Below are positions 20,689 through 29,854 of a stretch of 64,000 bases of DNA, piece after piece (position 1 is the stretch's first letter; each line of letters starts with the position of its first letter). Made by a program: the position numbers and the translations under genes. The DNA is taken from sequence record NZ_CP024587.1; one strand, given 5' to 3'. The notes below the pieces were generated by a model. The model was not told the origin of the DNA. It did not search any database and was given only the letters and a program-made list of their open reading frames with translations. The stretch comes from a plasmid.

Positions 20689-22195
20689 CCTGGAGCACGC
20701 CCGTCGCGTCGTCGCGCTGCGGCTGCCCTGGCTGGCCGTGGATGCGCTGCGGCGGCGAGCGCCGGATCTCGCTGGCCAGCCGGTCGCGACCTGGCAGGCC
20801 GTGGGCAACCGGCGGGTGCTGGTCTGCGCCGATGCCCCGCCCCTGCGGGCCGGGCAGTCGCTGGCCGATGCCCGGGCCATGCTGCCCGACCTCGTGCTGC
20901 GCCCCGCCGATACCGCCGGCGAGGCCGATCTGCTGCGCCGCCTCGCGACCTGTGCGCTGCGCTTCACGCCGGCCGTGGCGCTGGATGCTCCGGATGGGCT
21001 GATCCTCGACGTTACCGGCGCCACCAGCCTGTTCGGCGGCGAGACCGCCCTGCTGGCGACGCTGGAGGAGGGCTTCCGGCGAGCGGGCTACCGGGTGCGG
21101 GTCGCGATGGCCGGCAATGCCGATGCCGCCGCCGCCCTCGTCCAGGCCGGGTACCACGGCACCGTGGTGGCACCGGGCGAGGATGCCACGGCGCTGGACC
21201 CGCTACCGGTCGCGGCCCTCCGCTTGCCCGCCGGCGTCGCGGGCGGCCTGGCCCGGCTCGGGCTGCGGAGCGTGGGCGCGGTGCTGCGTCAGCCTCGGGC
21301 GCCGCTGGCCCGGCGCTTCGGGCGGCCGCTGCTCGATGCGCTGGACTTCGCCACCGGCGCCAGGGTCCGGCCTCTGCAGCTGATCCAGCCGCCGCCGGAC
21401 TTCTCCGCCGCTCAGACCTTCCTGGAGCCCATCGTCACCCGCCCGGCGATCGACCGCGCCGTGGACACGCTGCTGGAGGAGTTGTGCGGCGCGCTGACTG
21501 AGGCAGGCCGCGGCGCCCGCCGCCTGAGCCTGCTGACCTTCCGCGTCGACGGCGACGTGCAGGAGGTGGCGGTCGGCGTGGGCCAGGCCAGCCGCGCCCC
21601 GGCCCATCTGCGCCGGCTCTTCGTCGAGCCGCTGGGGCGGCTGGAGCCCGATTTGGGCTTCGACCGCTTCGTGCTGCGCGCCACGGAGACCAACCCGCTC
21701 GCGGGAAGGCAGATGGCGACCGTCCTGGGCGGCGCGGAGGCGAATGGTGACCAGGAGACAGTGCTGTCGGAGCTGCTCGACCGGCTGAGCCAGCGCGTGA
21801 TGCTGTGGCGTCCCAGCCCGACCGGTAGCCACTGGCCGGAGCGGGCGGTGGTCCCGGCCAATCCCTTCGTGCCGGCCATGGCGGCGCCCGAGGGCTGGGG
21901 CGAGCGGCGGCGGCCGGTGCGGCTGCTCGACCGGCCGCGCGAGCTGACGGTGATCGCCGAGGTTCCGGACGGCCCGCCGGCGCAGTTGCGCCTGGACGGG
22001 CGCGTGCACCGGGTGCGGCACGCGGCCGGCCCGGAGCGGCTGGAGCCGGAATGGTGGGGCGAGACACACGACCGTCCCCGCCGGGACTACTTCCGGGTGC
22101 TGACCGGGACGGGGGAGCGGCTCTGGCTCTGCCGCCTCGGGGTGGACGGGCCCACGGCACCCGCGCGCTGGTTCCTGCACGGCTACCTGGCGTGA
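20678..22195 (+). CDS. imuB: ImuB (Y-family polymerase-like mutasome subunit)
   Basis: 505 aa; Y-family fold N-terminus and the typical ImuB C-terminus 'RLEPEWWGETHDRPRRDYFRVLTGTGERLWLCR'. Confidence 0.85.
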   Translation: MSADLEHARRVVALRLPWLAVDALRRRAPDLAGQPVATWQAVGNRRVLVCADAPPLRAGQSLADARAMLPDLVLRPADTAGEADLLRRLATCALRFTPAVALDAPDGLILDVTGATSLFGGETALLATLEEGFRRAGYRVRVAMAGNADAAAALVQAGYHGTVVAPGEDATALDPLPVAALRLPAGVAGGLARLGLRSVGAVLRQPRAPLARRFGRPLLDALDFATGARVRPLQLIQPPPDFSAAQTFLEPIVTRPAIDRAVDTLLEELCGALTEAGRGARRLSLLTFRVDGDVQEVAVGVGQASRAPAHLRRLFVEPLGRLEPDLGFDRFVLRATETNPLAGRQMATVLGGAEANGDQETVLSELLDRLSQRVMLWRPSPTGSHWPERAVVPANPFVPAMAAPEGWGERRRPVRLLDRPRELTVIAEVPDGPPAQLRLDGRVHRVRHAAGPERLEPEWWGETHDRPRRDYFRVLTGTGERLWLCRLGVDGPTAPARWFLHGYLA

Positions 22196-22202
22196 GGCTC
22201 CG

Positions 22203-25200
22203 ATGTCCCCCGCCTATGCCGAGCTCGGGTGCCGCTCGAACTTCACGCTGCTCGACGGCGCCTCGCACCCGCAGGAGCTGGTGGCCACGGCCGCGGCCCT
22301 TGGCCATGCCGGGCTGGGGCTCTGCGACACCAACTCCCTGGCCGGGGTGGTGCGCGGGCATGTCGCGGCGCGCGAGTTCGACCTGCCTTATGTCGTGGGC
22401 TGCCGGCTGCGGCTGGACGACGGCGCCGAGTACCTGGCCTGGCCCACCGACCGGACGTCCTACGGCCGTCTGACGCGGCTGCTCTCGCTCGGCCGGATGC
22501 GCTCACCCAAGGGCGAATGCGCCATCACCCGCGAGGAGATGCTGGCCCACGCACCGGGCTGGTGCCTCGCCGCCGTGTCGCCCCTCCGCCCCGACCTCGC
22601 CTTCGCCGATCGGCTGCAGGCCGATGCCCGGGCGCTGCGCGGCGTGCTGGCCCTGCCGCTGCTCTGCACCGCCACGGTGCGCTTCGACGACATCGACGAG
22701 GACCGGCTGGAGGCGCTGGCCGAGATGACGGCGGTGACCGGCACCGGCCTGCTCGCCACCAACGACGTGCGCTACCACGCTCCCGGGCGCCGTCCCCTCG
22801 CCGACGTGCTGACGGCGATTCGCCTCGGCCGCCCCGTCGACCGCCTCGGACAGGCCGCCGAGCCCAACGCCGAGCGGCACCTCAAGCCGCCCGCCGAGAT
22901 GGCGCGGCTGTTCCGCGATCATCCGGACGCCCTGCGCAGCACCCTGCGCGTGCTCGACGCGTGCCAGGGCTTCTCCCTCTCCCAACTCCGGCACGAGTAC
23001 CCCGACGAGATCCTGGAGCCCGGCCGCACGCCGCAGCAGACGCTGGCCGTGCGGGTGGCCGAGGCCGCGACGGCGCGCTTTCCGCGCGGCGTGTCATCCG
23101 ACATCCAGGCGCGCCTTGACCACGAGCTCGCCCTGATCGGGCAGCTGGACTACGCGCCCTACTTCCTGACCGTGGACGAGGTGGTGCGCTTCGCGCGGGG
23201 ACGCGGCATTCTCTGCCAGGGGCGCGGCTCGGCCGCCAACTCCTCGGTCTGCTACGTGCTGGGCATCACCGCGGTCGATCCCTCCAAACACGACCTGCTG
23301 TTCGAACGCTTCCTCTCGGCCGAGCGGGCCGAGCCGCCCGACATCGACGTCGACTTCGAGCATGAGCGCCGCGAGGAGGTGATCCAGTTCCTCTACCGCC
23401 GCTATGGGCGCGACCGCGCGGCCATCGTCGGCACGGTGATCCGCTTTCGCGGCCGCTCCGCCGTGCGCGAGGTCGGCAAGGTGCTCGGGCTGTCGGAGGA
23501 CGTCACCGGCCGGCTGGCCAAGGCCAGCTGGGGGCCAGGGCGGGACGACAGCCTGGTCGAGATCGCCGCGGCCGAGGGGCTGGACCTCGCCGACCGCCGA
23601 CTGCGCCTCGCCCTGGAGCTGGCGGAGGAGATCCAGGACTTCCCCCGGCATCTGGCCACCCATGTCGGCGGCTTCGTCATCTCGCGCGGGCCGCTGATCG
23701 AGATGGCCGTCATTGGCAACGCCGCCATGGACGGGCGCACGGTGCTGGAGTGGGACAAGAACGACGTCGAGGCGCTTGGCCTGCTCAAGGTCGACATCCT
23801 GGCGCTGGGCATGTTGTCCTGCCTGCGGCGTGGCTTCGAGCTGCTGCGCCGGCACCGCCTCGCCGATCTCGACCTGGCCGCCGTGCCGCGCGACTGCGAT
23901 GAAACCTACGCCATGCTGCGCCGGGCGGACTCCCTGGGCGTGTTCCAGGTCGAGAGTCGGGCGCAGATGAACATGCTGCCGCGGCTGCGGCCGAGCCGCT
24001 TCTACGACCTGGTGGTGCAGGTCGCGTTGGTCCGGCCCGGGCCGATCCAGGGCGACATGGTGCATCCCTACCTGCGCCGGCGCTGGGGGGACGAGGCACC
24101 GGTCTACCCCTCCCCCGCGCCGGAGCATGGGCCGCCCGACGAGCTGGAGAAGGTGCTCGGCCGCACTCTGGGCGTGCCACTGTTCCAGGAGCAGGCGATG
24201 CGGGTCGCCATCGTGGCGGCCGGCTTCTCCCCCGGTGAAGCCGACCAGCTCCGCCGTGCCATGGCGACCTTCAAATACACCCAGGGTGTTGCGGTGTATC
24301 GCGACAGGCTGGTCGGCGGCATGGTCCGTCGCGGCTACGACCCCGAGCTCGCCGAACGGGTGTTCAAGCAGATCGAGGGCTTCGGCAGCTACGGCTTTCC
24401 CGAGAGCCATGCCGCCTCCTTCGCCCACCTGGCCTACGCCTCGGCCTGGCTGAAATGCCACCACCCGGCGGTGTTCGCCGCAGCACTGCTGAACAGCCAG
24501 CCGATGGGCTTCTACGCCCCGGCGCAGATCGTGCGCGACGCGCAACAGCACCGGGTGGTGGTGCGGCGACTGGACGTGAACGAGAGCCAATGGGACTGCA
24601 CTCTGGAGCCAGAAGCTCGCAGCGCCGAGGGCCTGGCGCTGCGGCTGGGCCTGCGGCTGGCCGAGGGACTGGCGGCCGAGGACGGCAAGCGCGTGGCCGA
24701 GGCAAGGCGCGCGGGCAACGGCAGCCCCTTCGCCTCGGTCGACGAGGTGGTGCGCCGGGCGGGCGTCCCCCGGCGGGCGATCGAGGCGCTGGCCGCGGCG
24801 GATGGCTTCGCGGGCATGGGACTGGATCGCCGGACGGCCCTCTGGGACGCCAGGGGAGTCGAGAACGATACCCCTCCCCTGCTGCGCCTCGCCGGCCAGG
24901 CAGCGGCGGCCGGCGAGCCGCCGCTGCTGTCCGAACCCTCCTCTGCCCTGCCGGCCGAGGACGATGGGCAAGCGATGATGCTGGACTACGTTGCGACGGG
25001 CCTGAGCCTGCGACAGCATCCGCTCGCCCTGCTGCGGCCGAGGCTGCAAGCGCTGGGCTGCCGCACGACGCGGGACCTGGACAGCCTGCGCGGCGGCGCC
25101 CGGATCCGGCTCGCCGGCCTGGTGCTGATGCGTCAGCGGCCCGGCACGGCCAAGGGCATCGTCTTTGTCACGGTGGAGGACGAGCACGGCACCGCCAACC

Positions 25201-25445
25201 TCGTCGTCTACGCCGACATCGCTGCACGCGACCGCGCTGCCCTGATCGGGGCCCGGCTGCTGCTGGTGGAGGGACGGATCGAGCGTGAGGCCGAGCGGGC
25301 CGAGGTGCCGGTCATCCACCTGATCTGCCGCCGATTGGAGGACCGCTCCGACTTGCTCAGAGGCCTTATGGATGACGATTTCAGCGGTCAAAGGCCCCCG
25401 GCTCAATCACCCAAAGGCATGCCAGCAAGCCGGGACTTTCGGTAA
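22203..25445 (+). CDS. dnaE2: Error-prone DNA polymerase DnaE2 (ImuC)
   Basis: 1,080 aa; PHP domain 'LGCRSNFTLLDGASHPQEL', Pol IIIalpha core ('DIDVDFEHERREEVIQ', 'LLKVDILALGMLS', 'FYDLVVQVALVRPGP') and OB-fold C-terminus. Confidence 0.9.
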   Translation: MSPAYAELGCRSNFTLLDGASHPQELVATAAALGHAGLGLCDTNSLAGVVRGHVAAREFDLPYVVGCRLRLDDGAEYLAWPTDRTSYGRLTRLLSLGRMRSPKGECAITREEMLAHAPGWCLAAVSPLRPDLAFADRLQADARALRGVLALPLLCTATVRFDDIDEDRLEALAEMTAVTGTGLLATNDVRYHAPGRRPLADVLTAIRLGRPVDRLGQAAEPNAERHLKPPAEMARLFRDHPDALRSTLRVLDACQGFSLSQLRHEYPDEILEPGRTPQQTLAVRVAEAATARFPRGVSSDIQARLDHELALIGQLDYAPYFLTVDEVVRFARGRGILCQGRGSAANSSVCYVLGITAVDPSKHDLLFERFLSAERAEPPDIDVDFEHERREEVIQFLYRRYGRDRAAIVGTVIRFRGRSAVREVGKVLGLSEDVTGRLAKASWGPGRDDSLVEIAAAEGLDLADRRLRLALELAEEIQDFPRHLATHVGGFVISRGPLIEMAVIGNAAMDGRTVLEWDKNDVEALGLLKVDILALGMLSCLRRGFELLRRHRLADLDLAAVPRDCDETYAMLRRADSLGVFQVESRAQMNMLPRLRPSRFYDLVVQVALVRPGPIQGDMVHPYLRRRWGDEAPVYPSPAPEHGPPDELEKVLGRTLGVPLFQEQAMRVAIVAAGFSPGEADQLRRAMATFKYTQGVAVYRDRLVGGMVRRGYDPELAERVFKQIEGFGSYGFPESHAASFAHLAYASAWLKCHHPAVFAAALLNSQPMGFYAPAQIVRDAQQHRVVVRRLDVNESQWDCTLEPEARSAEGLALRLGLRLAEGLAAEDGKRVAEARRAGNGSPFASVDEVVRRAGVPRRAIEALAAADGFAGMGLDRRTALWDARGVENDTPPLLRLAGQAAAAGEPPLLSEPSSALPAEDDGQAMMLDYVATGLSLRQHPLALLRPRLQALGCRTTRDLDSLRGGARIRLAGLVLMRQRPGTAKGIVFVTVEDEHGTANLVVYADIAARDRAALIGARLLLVEGRIEREAERAEVPVIHLICRRLEDRSDLLRGLMDDDFSGQRPPAQSPKGMPASRDFR

Positions 25446-25748
25446 AGTCTGCTTTCCCGCTTTCGGGAAATCAGTAGAAACCGATGGCACGTTCGGTCTG
25501 CCCTACTTGTGGTTTGAGGGACGGTACGTTTCTCCCGGCAGATCATCAGCGGCATCTTAGTCAGTACAAGCGCCTGATTTCTCTTACTAGTTCACCCGAT
25601 ACCGAGATGTACCAAAGGGCTGTTTCCGGCTTTCCCGAAATAGGGAAATAGCTCTTTAGGGCTATCGGGTTTCCGTGAAAGCGGGTTACAACGAAGAAGG
25701 TGAGCGGGAAAGCCCGGTTTCACGAAACCGGTGTTTCGGGAGAGTTCC
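25446..25748. promoter_or_regulatory. Iteron/operator-like region with repeated TTTCCCG...CGGGAAA palindromes upstream of parA
   Basis: Short palindromes: TTTCCCGCTTTCGGGAAA (about 25453-25470), TTCCCGAAATAGGGAA, CGGGAAAGCCCG and CGGTTTCACGAAACCG. GC content is lower than the genes. Confidence 0.45.
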
Positions 25749-26426
25749 ATGGCCATTGTGACGTTTGCCCAGGTCAAAGGAGGCTCGGGCAAGACCACCG
25801 CCGCGATGTGTACCGTCGCCGAGCTGGTCGCCCGCGGGGAGACGGTGGCTGCCCTGGACCTCGATCCGAACCGCCCCCTGAAGGCATTTTTTGCGAAGGT
25901 GCCAGAGCTGACGCGTGTCGAGGTGGCTGTTCCGGATGGGGAGCGCCGGGTCACTGCGCTAGTGCGAGATCTGGCATCCAAGCACAATCATGTCGTGATC
26001 GACTTGATGGGCGCTGCCACCAACGACACCCAGGTGGCAATGGCGCTGGCGGACCTCGTCATCGTTCCGTCCCAGATGAGCGAAACCGACCTGCGCTGTG
26101 GGGTAGAGACCTGGCGGCAGGCCGAGGAGGCCCAGGAGATCAGCGGTCGCCGAATTGCGCGCGGCATACTTCTGACGAGGACGGCGGCCGGCGCCGCCAG
26201 GCCAAGAGTGGAAGCCTTTCTGCGCGAGCAGTACCAGCGGGTAGGCGCACATGTTCTCACGGCTGCCTTCGGTGATCGGGCCGCGTGGAAGGAAATGACT
26301 TACACCGCACATATTCCTCACCTCCATGACAGAGGAAGCAATGCCGCCGCTAACTTCGTCGGGGTCTTTGATGAGATGATGGCCCTGATAGCAGGCGATC
26401 CCTCCACCCTGGCCAGCGCCGCCTGA
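25749..26426 (+). CDS. parA: ParA-family partition ATPase
   Basis: Deviant Walker A 'VKGGSGKTTAA'. Start taken at the internal ATG of ORF 25731-26426. Confidence 0.85.
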   Translation: MAIVTFAQVKGGSGKTTAAMCTVAELVARGETVAALDLDPNRPLKAFFAKVPELTRVEVAVPDGERRVTALVRDLASKHNHVVIDLMGAATNDTQVAMALADLVIVPSQMSETDLRCGVETWRQAEEAQEISGRRIARGILLTRTAAGAARPRVEAFLREQYQRVGAHVLTAAFGDRAAWKEMTYTAHIPHLHDRGSNAAANFVGVFDEMMALIAGDPSTLASAA

Positions 26427-26437
26427 AGGATCGACCG

Positions 26438-26842
26438 ATGGCCACCAAACCCCTTCGCCCGGTCCTGCAAGCCCCGGATCTGGGATCTCGCCCCACGCCG
26501 GTTCCCACCTCGGCCCACGATCCACGCTTCAGTGCCGCCGAGGTGCTGGAGACCCCAGAAGCCCTTGAAAGAGGCTTGAGAAGCGGCGCAGTGCGGGTGG
26601 TCAACCCGGAGACAGCACCGGCAGCGAAGCGAGCCGAACCAGGACTTGTGACGTCAGGCCGATCGCCCGAAATTTCACTGTCTACCAAGGCGCCGGAATA
26701 CGTCCTGCAGCAGCTTCGGCGACGCTATGCCGAAACTGGGGTGACCATTCGCAACCAGCTCCTCCTTGCTCTGCGCAAGGACGGGATCGAAGTCTTGGAG
26801 GCAGACCTGCACGACGAACGGAAGCGCCAACGCAACCCGTAG
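26438..26842 (+). CDS. Small partition partner, probably an RHH centromere-binding protein (ParG-like)
   Basis: 134 aa immediately after parA. C-terminal 'ISLSTKAPEYVLQQLRRRYAETGVTIRNQLLLALRK' has an RHH-like beta-alpha-alpha pattern. Confidence 0.45.
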   Translation: MATKPLRPVLQAPDLGSRPTPVPTSAHDPRFSAAEVLETPEALERGLRSGAVRVVNPETAPAAKRAEPGLVTSGRSPEISLSTKAPEYVLQQLRRRYAETGVTIRNQLLLALRKDGIEVLEADLHDERKRQRNP

Positions 26843-26859
26843 GTCTCGGGTTTTCGAGG

Positions 26860-26906
26860 TTTCCGGAAAACCGGAAAGACCGATATAGATCAATCGGTCT
26901 TTCCGG
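26860..26906. repeat. Long perfect palindromes after the par operon (bidirectional terminator or centromere-like site)
   Basis: TTTCCGGAAAACCGGAAA overlaps CCGGAAAGACCGAT-ATAGATCA-ATCGGTCTTTCCGG (14-bp arms). Confidence 0.5.
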
Positions 26907-26928
26907 TTTTCATGATTGTCTCTCCATA

Positions 26929-28308
26929 TCAAATGCCGGCAACAGCCAGGCGTACCGCCCGCCAGCACAGGTCGTCGCGTTCGTCCTGGGATTGCCGTGC
27001 AGGGCCGCTGAAGGTGTGAGGAACCAGGGGAACAGGCCCCTGTAGGCCGAGACCTTCGGCCGTCTCGGCGTGGATGCGTCGCTTCCGTTCGCGATAGACC
27101 AGCTCCTCGCTACCCATGGTGGCGACCACCACGAGAGGATGCCCTCGGCGCGCAAACTGGTCCGAACGAAGGATCCAATCCGGGATGCACGGCTCGCGTG
27201 CCTCGTCTCTATCCGGACAAAGGTCGTGCAGAGGCCTTTCGATTTCGATCGAAAGTTCGACCTTGAGGGCGAGCCAACGTTGCAGGCGGCGCAACTGGTT
27301 CAGCGTGCAACGTTCCGCGGCGCCATTGACCAGCATGAGGTGGGTCTTTGAAATGCAGGGATGCAGGTAGGCGCGCAGCGCCTCAGCAGGCTCCTCCGGT
27401 CCAGGCCGACCGATAAGACAGATCGCGAGGTAAGGCGCCCGCGCCATCCCAGATTCGATCCCAGGGACCGCAGGCCCGATCCATTCTTCCCACACGGAGA
27501 TGCGGCCTCGAACCTCCAGTGGTTCCCCTTGGGCCATCTGCAGCACGCCGGACTTAAACCCGGTCACAACCGACAGCAGGACACCGTAGGTCCTGCCGCG
27601 CATGAAGGCATCCCCGGAGGCCGCGTCGATCCGCCTCAACAGGAGCGGTAAATCAGGCCGCCAGGTGCAAAGCCACTCGGCCAGTGGCACGCCGCGATCC
27701 AGATCCACCTCCTGTGCCGCGCGACGCAGAGCCCTGAACTGCTCTCCAATCGGCGGCGGAAAACCGGGGCCCAGCCGTTGCAGGCCGGCCTCGGCCGCGA
27801 GATGGGTGAGCAGGCAGGCAAGGCTTTCGCGCCTGCGCTCGTAGCTCCGGCGATGCAGCCCCGGCGCCTCGGCCGGCGCCGCCCGGTCCTCGGCGAAGCG
27901 GCGAAGCAGCCGCAGCCCGGACACGCCGTGCCGCCGGTCGTAGCTGCGGACCAGATCGGCCTGCTCGGCCGCGTCGAGGAAGAAATCGCATTCCGCCACA
28001 TGCTCGGCCCAAGGCTCTTCGCTATGGCGCCGGACGTGGCTTTCGGCCACCGGCACCAGCGCGGGCGGGCGGACCCGATCCGGTCTGCAGTCGCAGAAGA
28101 ACCACCGTGCCTGTTGCTGGTGCCGGCGCACCACCTCGGCGCCGCGGCTGCGCGCCCGCTCGCTCCCGAAGCGGCCAAAGGCCGCGCGTAGCACCGCGTC
28201 CTCCTCCGCATCGAGCGGGCGCATGCCGGCTCCGTCTCCACGCCTTCCCACCGCCAGCATGCCGATCTCCCTCGTCTCCAGTCGCCTTTCCCGAGGCTCG
28301 CTCGTCAC
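26929..28308 (-). CDS. Hypothetical protein (about 430 aa), conserved-looking, unknown function
   Basis: Long ORF on the minus strand between the par module and the leading region. Cys/His-rich segments 'WFFCDCRPDRV' and 'AVPGIESGMARAPYLAICLIG'. Confidence 0.45.
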   Translation of the reverse strand: MTSEPRERRLETREIGMLAVGRRGDGAGMRPLDAEEDAVLRAAFGRFGSERARSRGAEVVRRHQQQARWFFCDCRPDRVRPPALVPVAESHVRRHSEEPWAEHVAECDFFLDAAEQADLVRSYDRRHGVSGLRLLRRFAEDRAAPAEAPGLHRRSYERRRESLACLLTHLAAEAGLQRLGPGFPPPIGEQFRALRRAAQEVDLDRGVPLAEWLCTWRPDLPLLLRRIDAASGDAFMRGRTYGVLLSVVTGFKSGVLQMAQGEPLEVRGRISVWEEWIGPAVPGIESGMARAPYLAICLIGRPGPEEPAEALRAYLHPCISKTHLMLVNGAAERCTLNQLRRLQRWLALKVELSIEIERPLHDLCPDRDEAREPCIPDWILRSDQFARRGHPLVVVATMGSEELVYRERKRRIHAETAEGLGLQGPVPLVPHTFSGPARQSQDERDDLCWRAVRLAVAGI

Positions 28309-28456
28309 GGTGCGAACGAGCAGCGAAGGCTGCGTGGCAATCCTCTTTCCGTTCGCATCACGGCCCGCGAGCCTGAACCCGATTGGTGCGGAGAGAGGCG
28401 AGGCATGGAGGGCAGGAGGGGAGGAGCGGGGCCGCTACCGCGAGCACCGGACACGC

Positions 28457-28516
28457 GACAAGGGTGCGTCGGCTGGCGCCTCCCGCGCCGGGGCAGGCCC
28501 CGGCTGCGCCCTTGTC
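28457..28516. repeat. Leading-region stem-loop element, copy 1 (variant GACAAGGG...CCCTTGTC)
   Basis: Inverted repeat about 55 bp upstream of the toprim gene, followed by an SD hairpin ATTCCGAGGAAT. Confidence 0.55.
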
Positions 28517-28568
28517 CCGCGTCCGTCTCGCGGTTGGCGGGTGGAATCACGGTGAAGGATTCCGAGGA

Positions 28569-29522
28569 ATGAGTGGCCCCGATGAGGAGTTGGATAGACT
28601 GAGGGAGGGCGTGAACTGTGCCGCCCTGCTGGAGCGCCTGCCGCCCCCCTGGAAGCTGGACAAGGCGGAAAGCACCCGGGACTGCCTGAAGTACCGGCGC
28701 GGCAAGGGTGAGATCATCATCGTCAACCATGGCGGCCAGGGCTGGTGGGACGCCGGGAGCACCGCCAAGGGCGATGTGTTCCGGCTGGTGCAGCACCTCC
28801 GGCCCGATCTGAACTTCGGCCATGTCCGCAAGCTGCTCCGCGAGATGGTCGGGTTGCAGCCGAGCTTTCCCGAGCACGAGCGGGTGCGTCCGCAAGGGGA
28901 GGGGAGCGTCCCACCCGCCATGCGCTGGGCTGCGGCGAAGTCTCTCCGTCCGGGATCGCGGGCCTGGGGCTACCTGGCCGAGGTCCGGCATCTGCCCTCT
29001 CCGGTGCTTCGGGCAGCGGCGGCGGCGGGCGCCCTCCGGGAGGGGGCCTACGGCACCGCCTGGTTCGCCCATCGCGACGAGAGCGGCACGCTGACAGGCT
29101 TCGACATGCGCGGGCCGGTGTTTCGCGGCTTCGCCAAGGGGGGCGAGAAGACCCTGTTCCGCCTGCCCGGCTGGATCCGCTCGCGGGAGGTGCTGCCGCA
29201 CCGCCTGGCCGTGGCCGAGGCGCCGATCGACGCCCTGAGCCTCGCGGCGGTCGAACGACTGCGGGGCGACACCCTCTATGTCGCGACCAGCGGCGGCATG
29301 GGGCCTGGAACCGTCCGTGCCCTGGACCTTCTGCTGGCCGCCATGGCCGCCCTCCCGGATGCCTGCCTGGCCGTCGCCACCGACAGTGACCCACCCGGCG
29401 AACGCTACGCCGCCTTCCTGGGGGAGCGGGCCGCGGCGGCGGGCGTGCCCAGCGAGCGCTGCCTGCCACCGCACGGGCTGAACGACTGGAACGACGCCTT
29501 GCGACAGGGGAGGGGGGCATGA
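28569..29522 (+). CDS. DUF3991-Toprim domain protein (conjugative-element primase/topoisomerase-like)
   Basis: 'EIIIVNHGGQGWWDAGSTAKGDVFRLVQHL' is DUF3991-like. C-terminal Toprim has 'AEAPIDALSLAAVE...LYVATSGG' and 'LAVATDSDPPGERYA'. Confidence 0.7.
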   Translation: MSGPDEELDRLREGVNCAALLERLPPPWKLDKAESTRDCLKYRRGKGEIIIVNHGGQGWWDAGSTAKGDVFRLVQHLRPDLNFGHVRKLLREMVGLQPSFPEHERVRPQGEGSVPPAMRWAAAKSLRPGSRAWGYLAEVRHLPSPVLRAAAAAGALREGAYGTAWFAHRDESGTLTGFDMRGPVFRGFAKGGEKTLFRLPGWIRSREVLPHRLAVAEAPIDALSLAAVERLRGDTLYVATSGGMGPGTVRALDLLLAAMAALPDACLAVATDSDPPGERYAAFLGERAAAAGVPSERCLPPHGLNDWNDALRQGRGA

Positions 29523-29854
29523 GCACCACCGAACGCGCGGCTCCGGCCCCGAGCCACGAAGCGTGGACCCTTGCACGGGCCCTGCACACCGCCTTTCTCC
29601 GGCTGCCCGACCGGCTGAGAGCCCGCTGCACGGTGCCGCCGACCGGGGATGCCGCGATCGACCGGCCGGTGCTGGTCGAGGCCTGCGACGGCTCCGACCA
29701 CTACCGGGGCGTGGTGGTCGCGGGACAGCGCGACGAGAGCGGCCTCTGGTTGCTGGACGACGCCTTCACCCTGCTGACCCTCGACCACGACGACGGCCCC
29801 GAGGCCGCGCTTGTCGTCTGCCATGGATGGAACTGCCATGCCGACCGCATCTGA
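29519..29854 (+). CDS. Hypothetical small protein
   Basis: 111-aa ORF whose start overlaps the toprim stop (ATGA). It overlaps the helicase 5' end, so one of the two starts is likely shorter. Confidence 0.3.
   Translation: MSTTERAAPAPSHEAWTLARALHTAFLRLPDRLRARCTVPPTGDAAIDRPVLVEACDGSDHYRGVVVAGQRDESGLWLLDDAFTLLTLDHDDGPEAALVVCHGWNCHADRI

Noticed and set aside
20316-21002. 228-aa ORF overlapping the LexA box and imuB
   Set aside because: Out-of-frame overlap with imuB and a low-complexity Arg/Pro-rich sequence. Not imuA-like.
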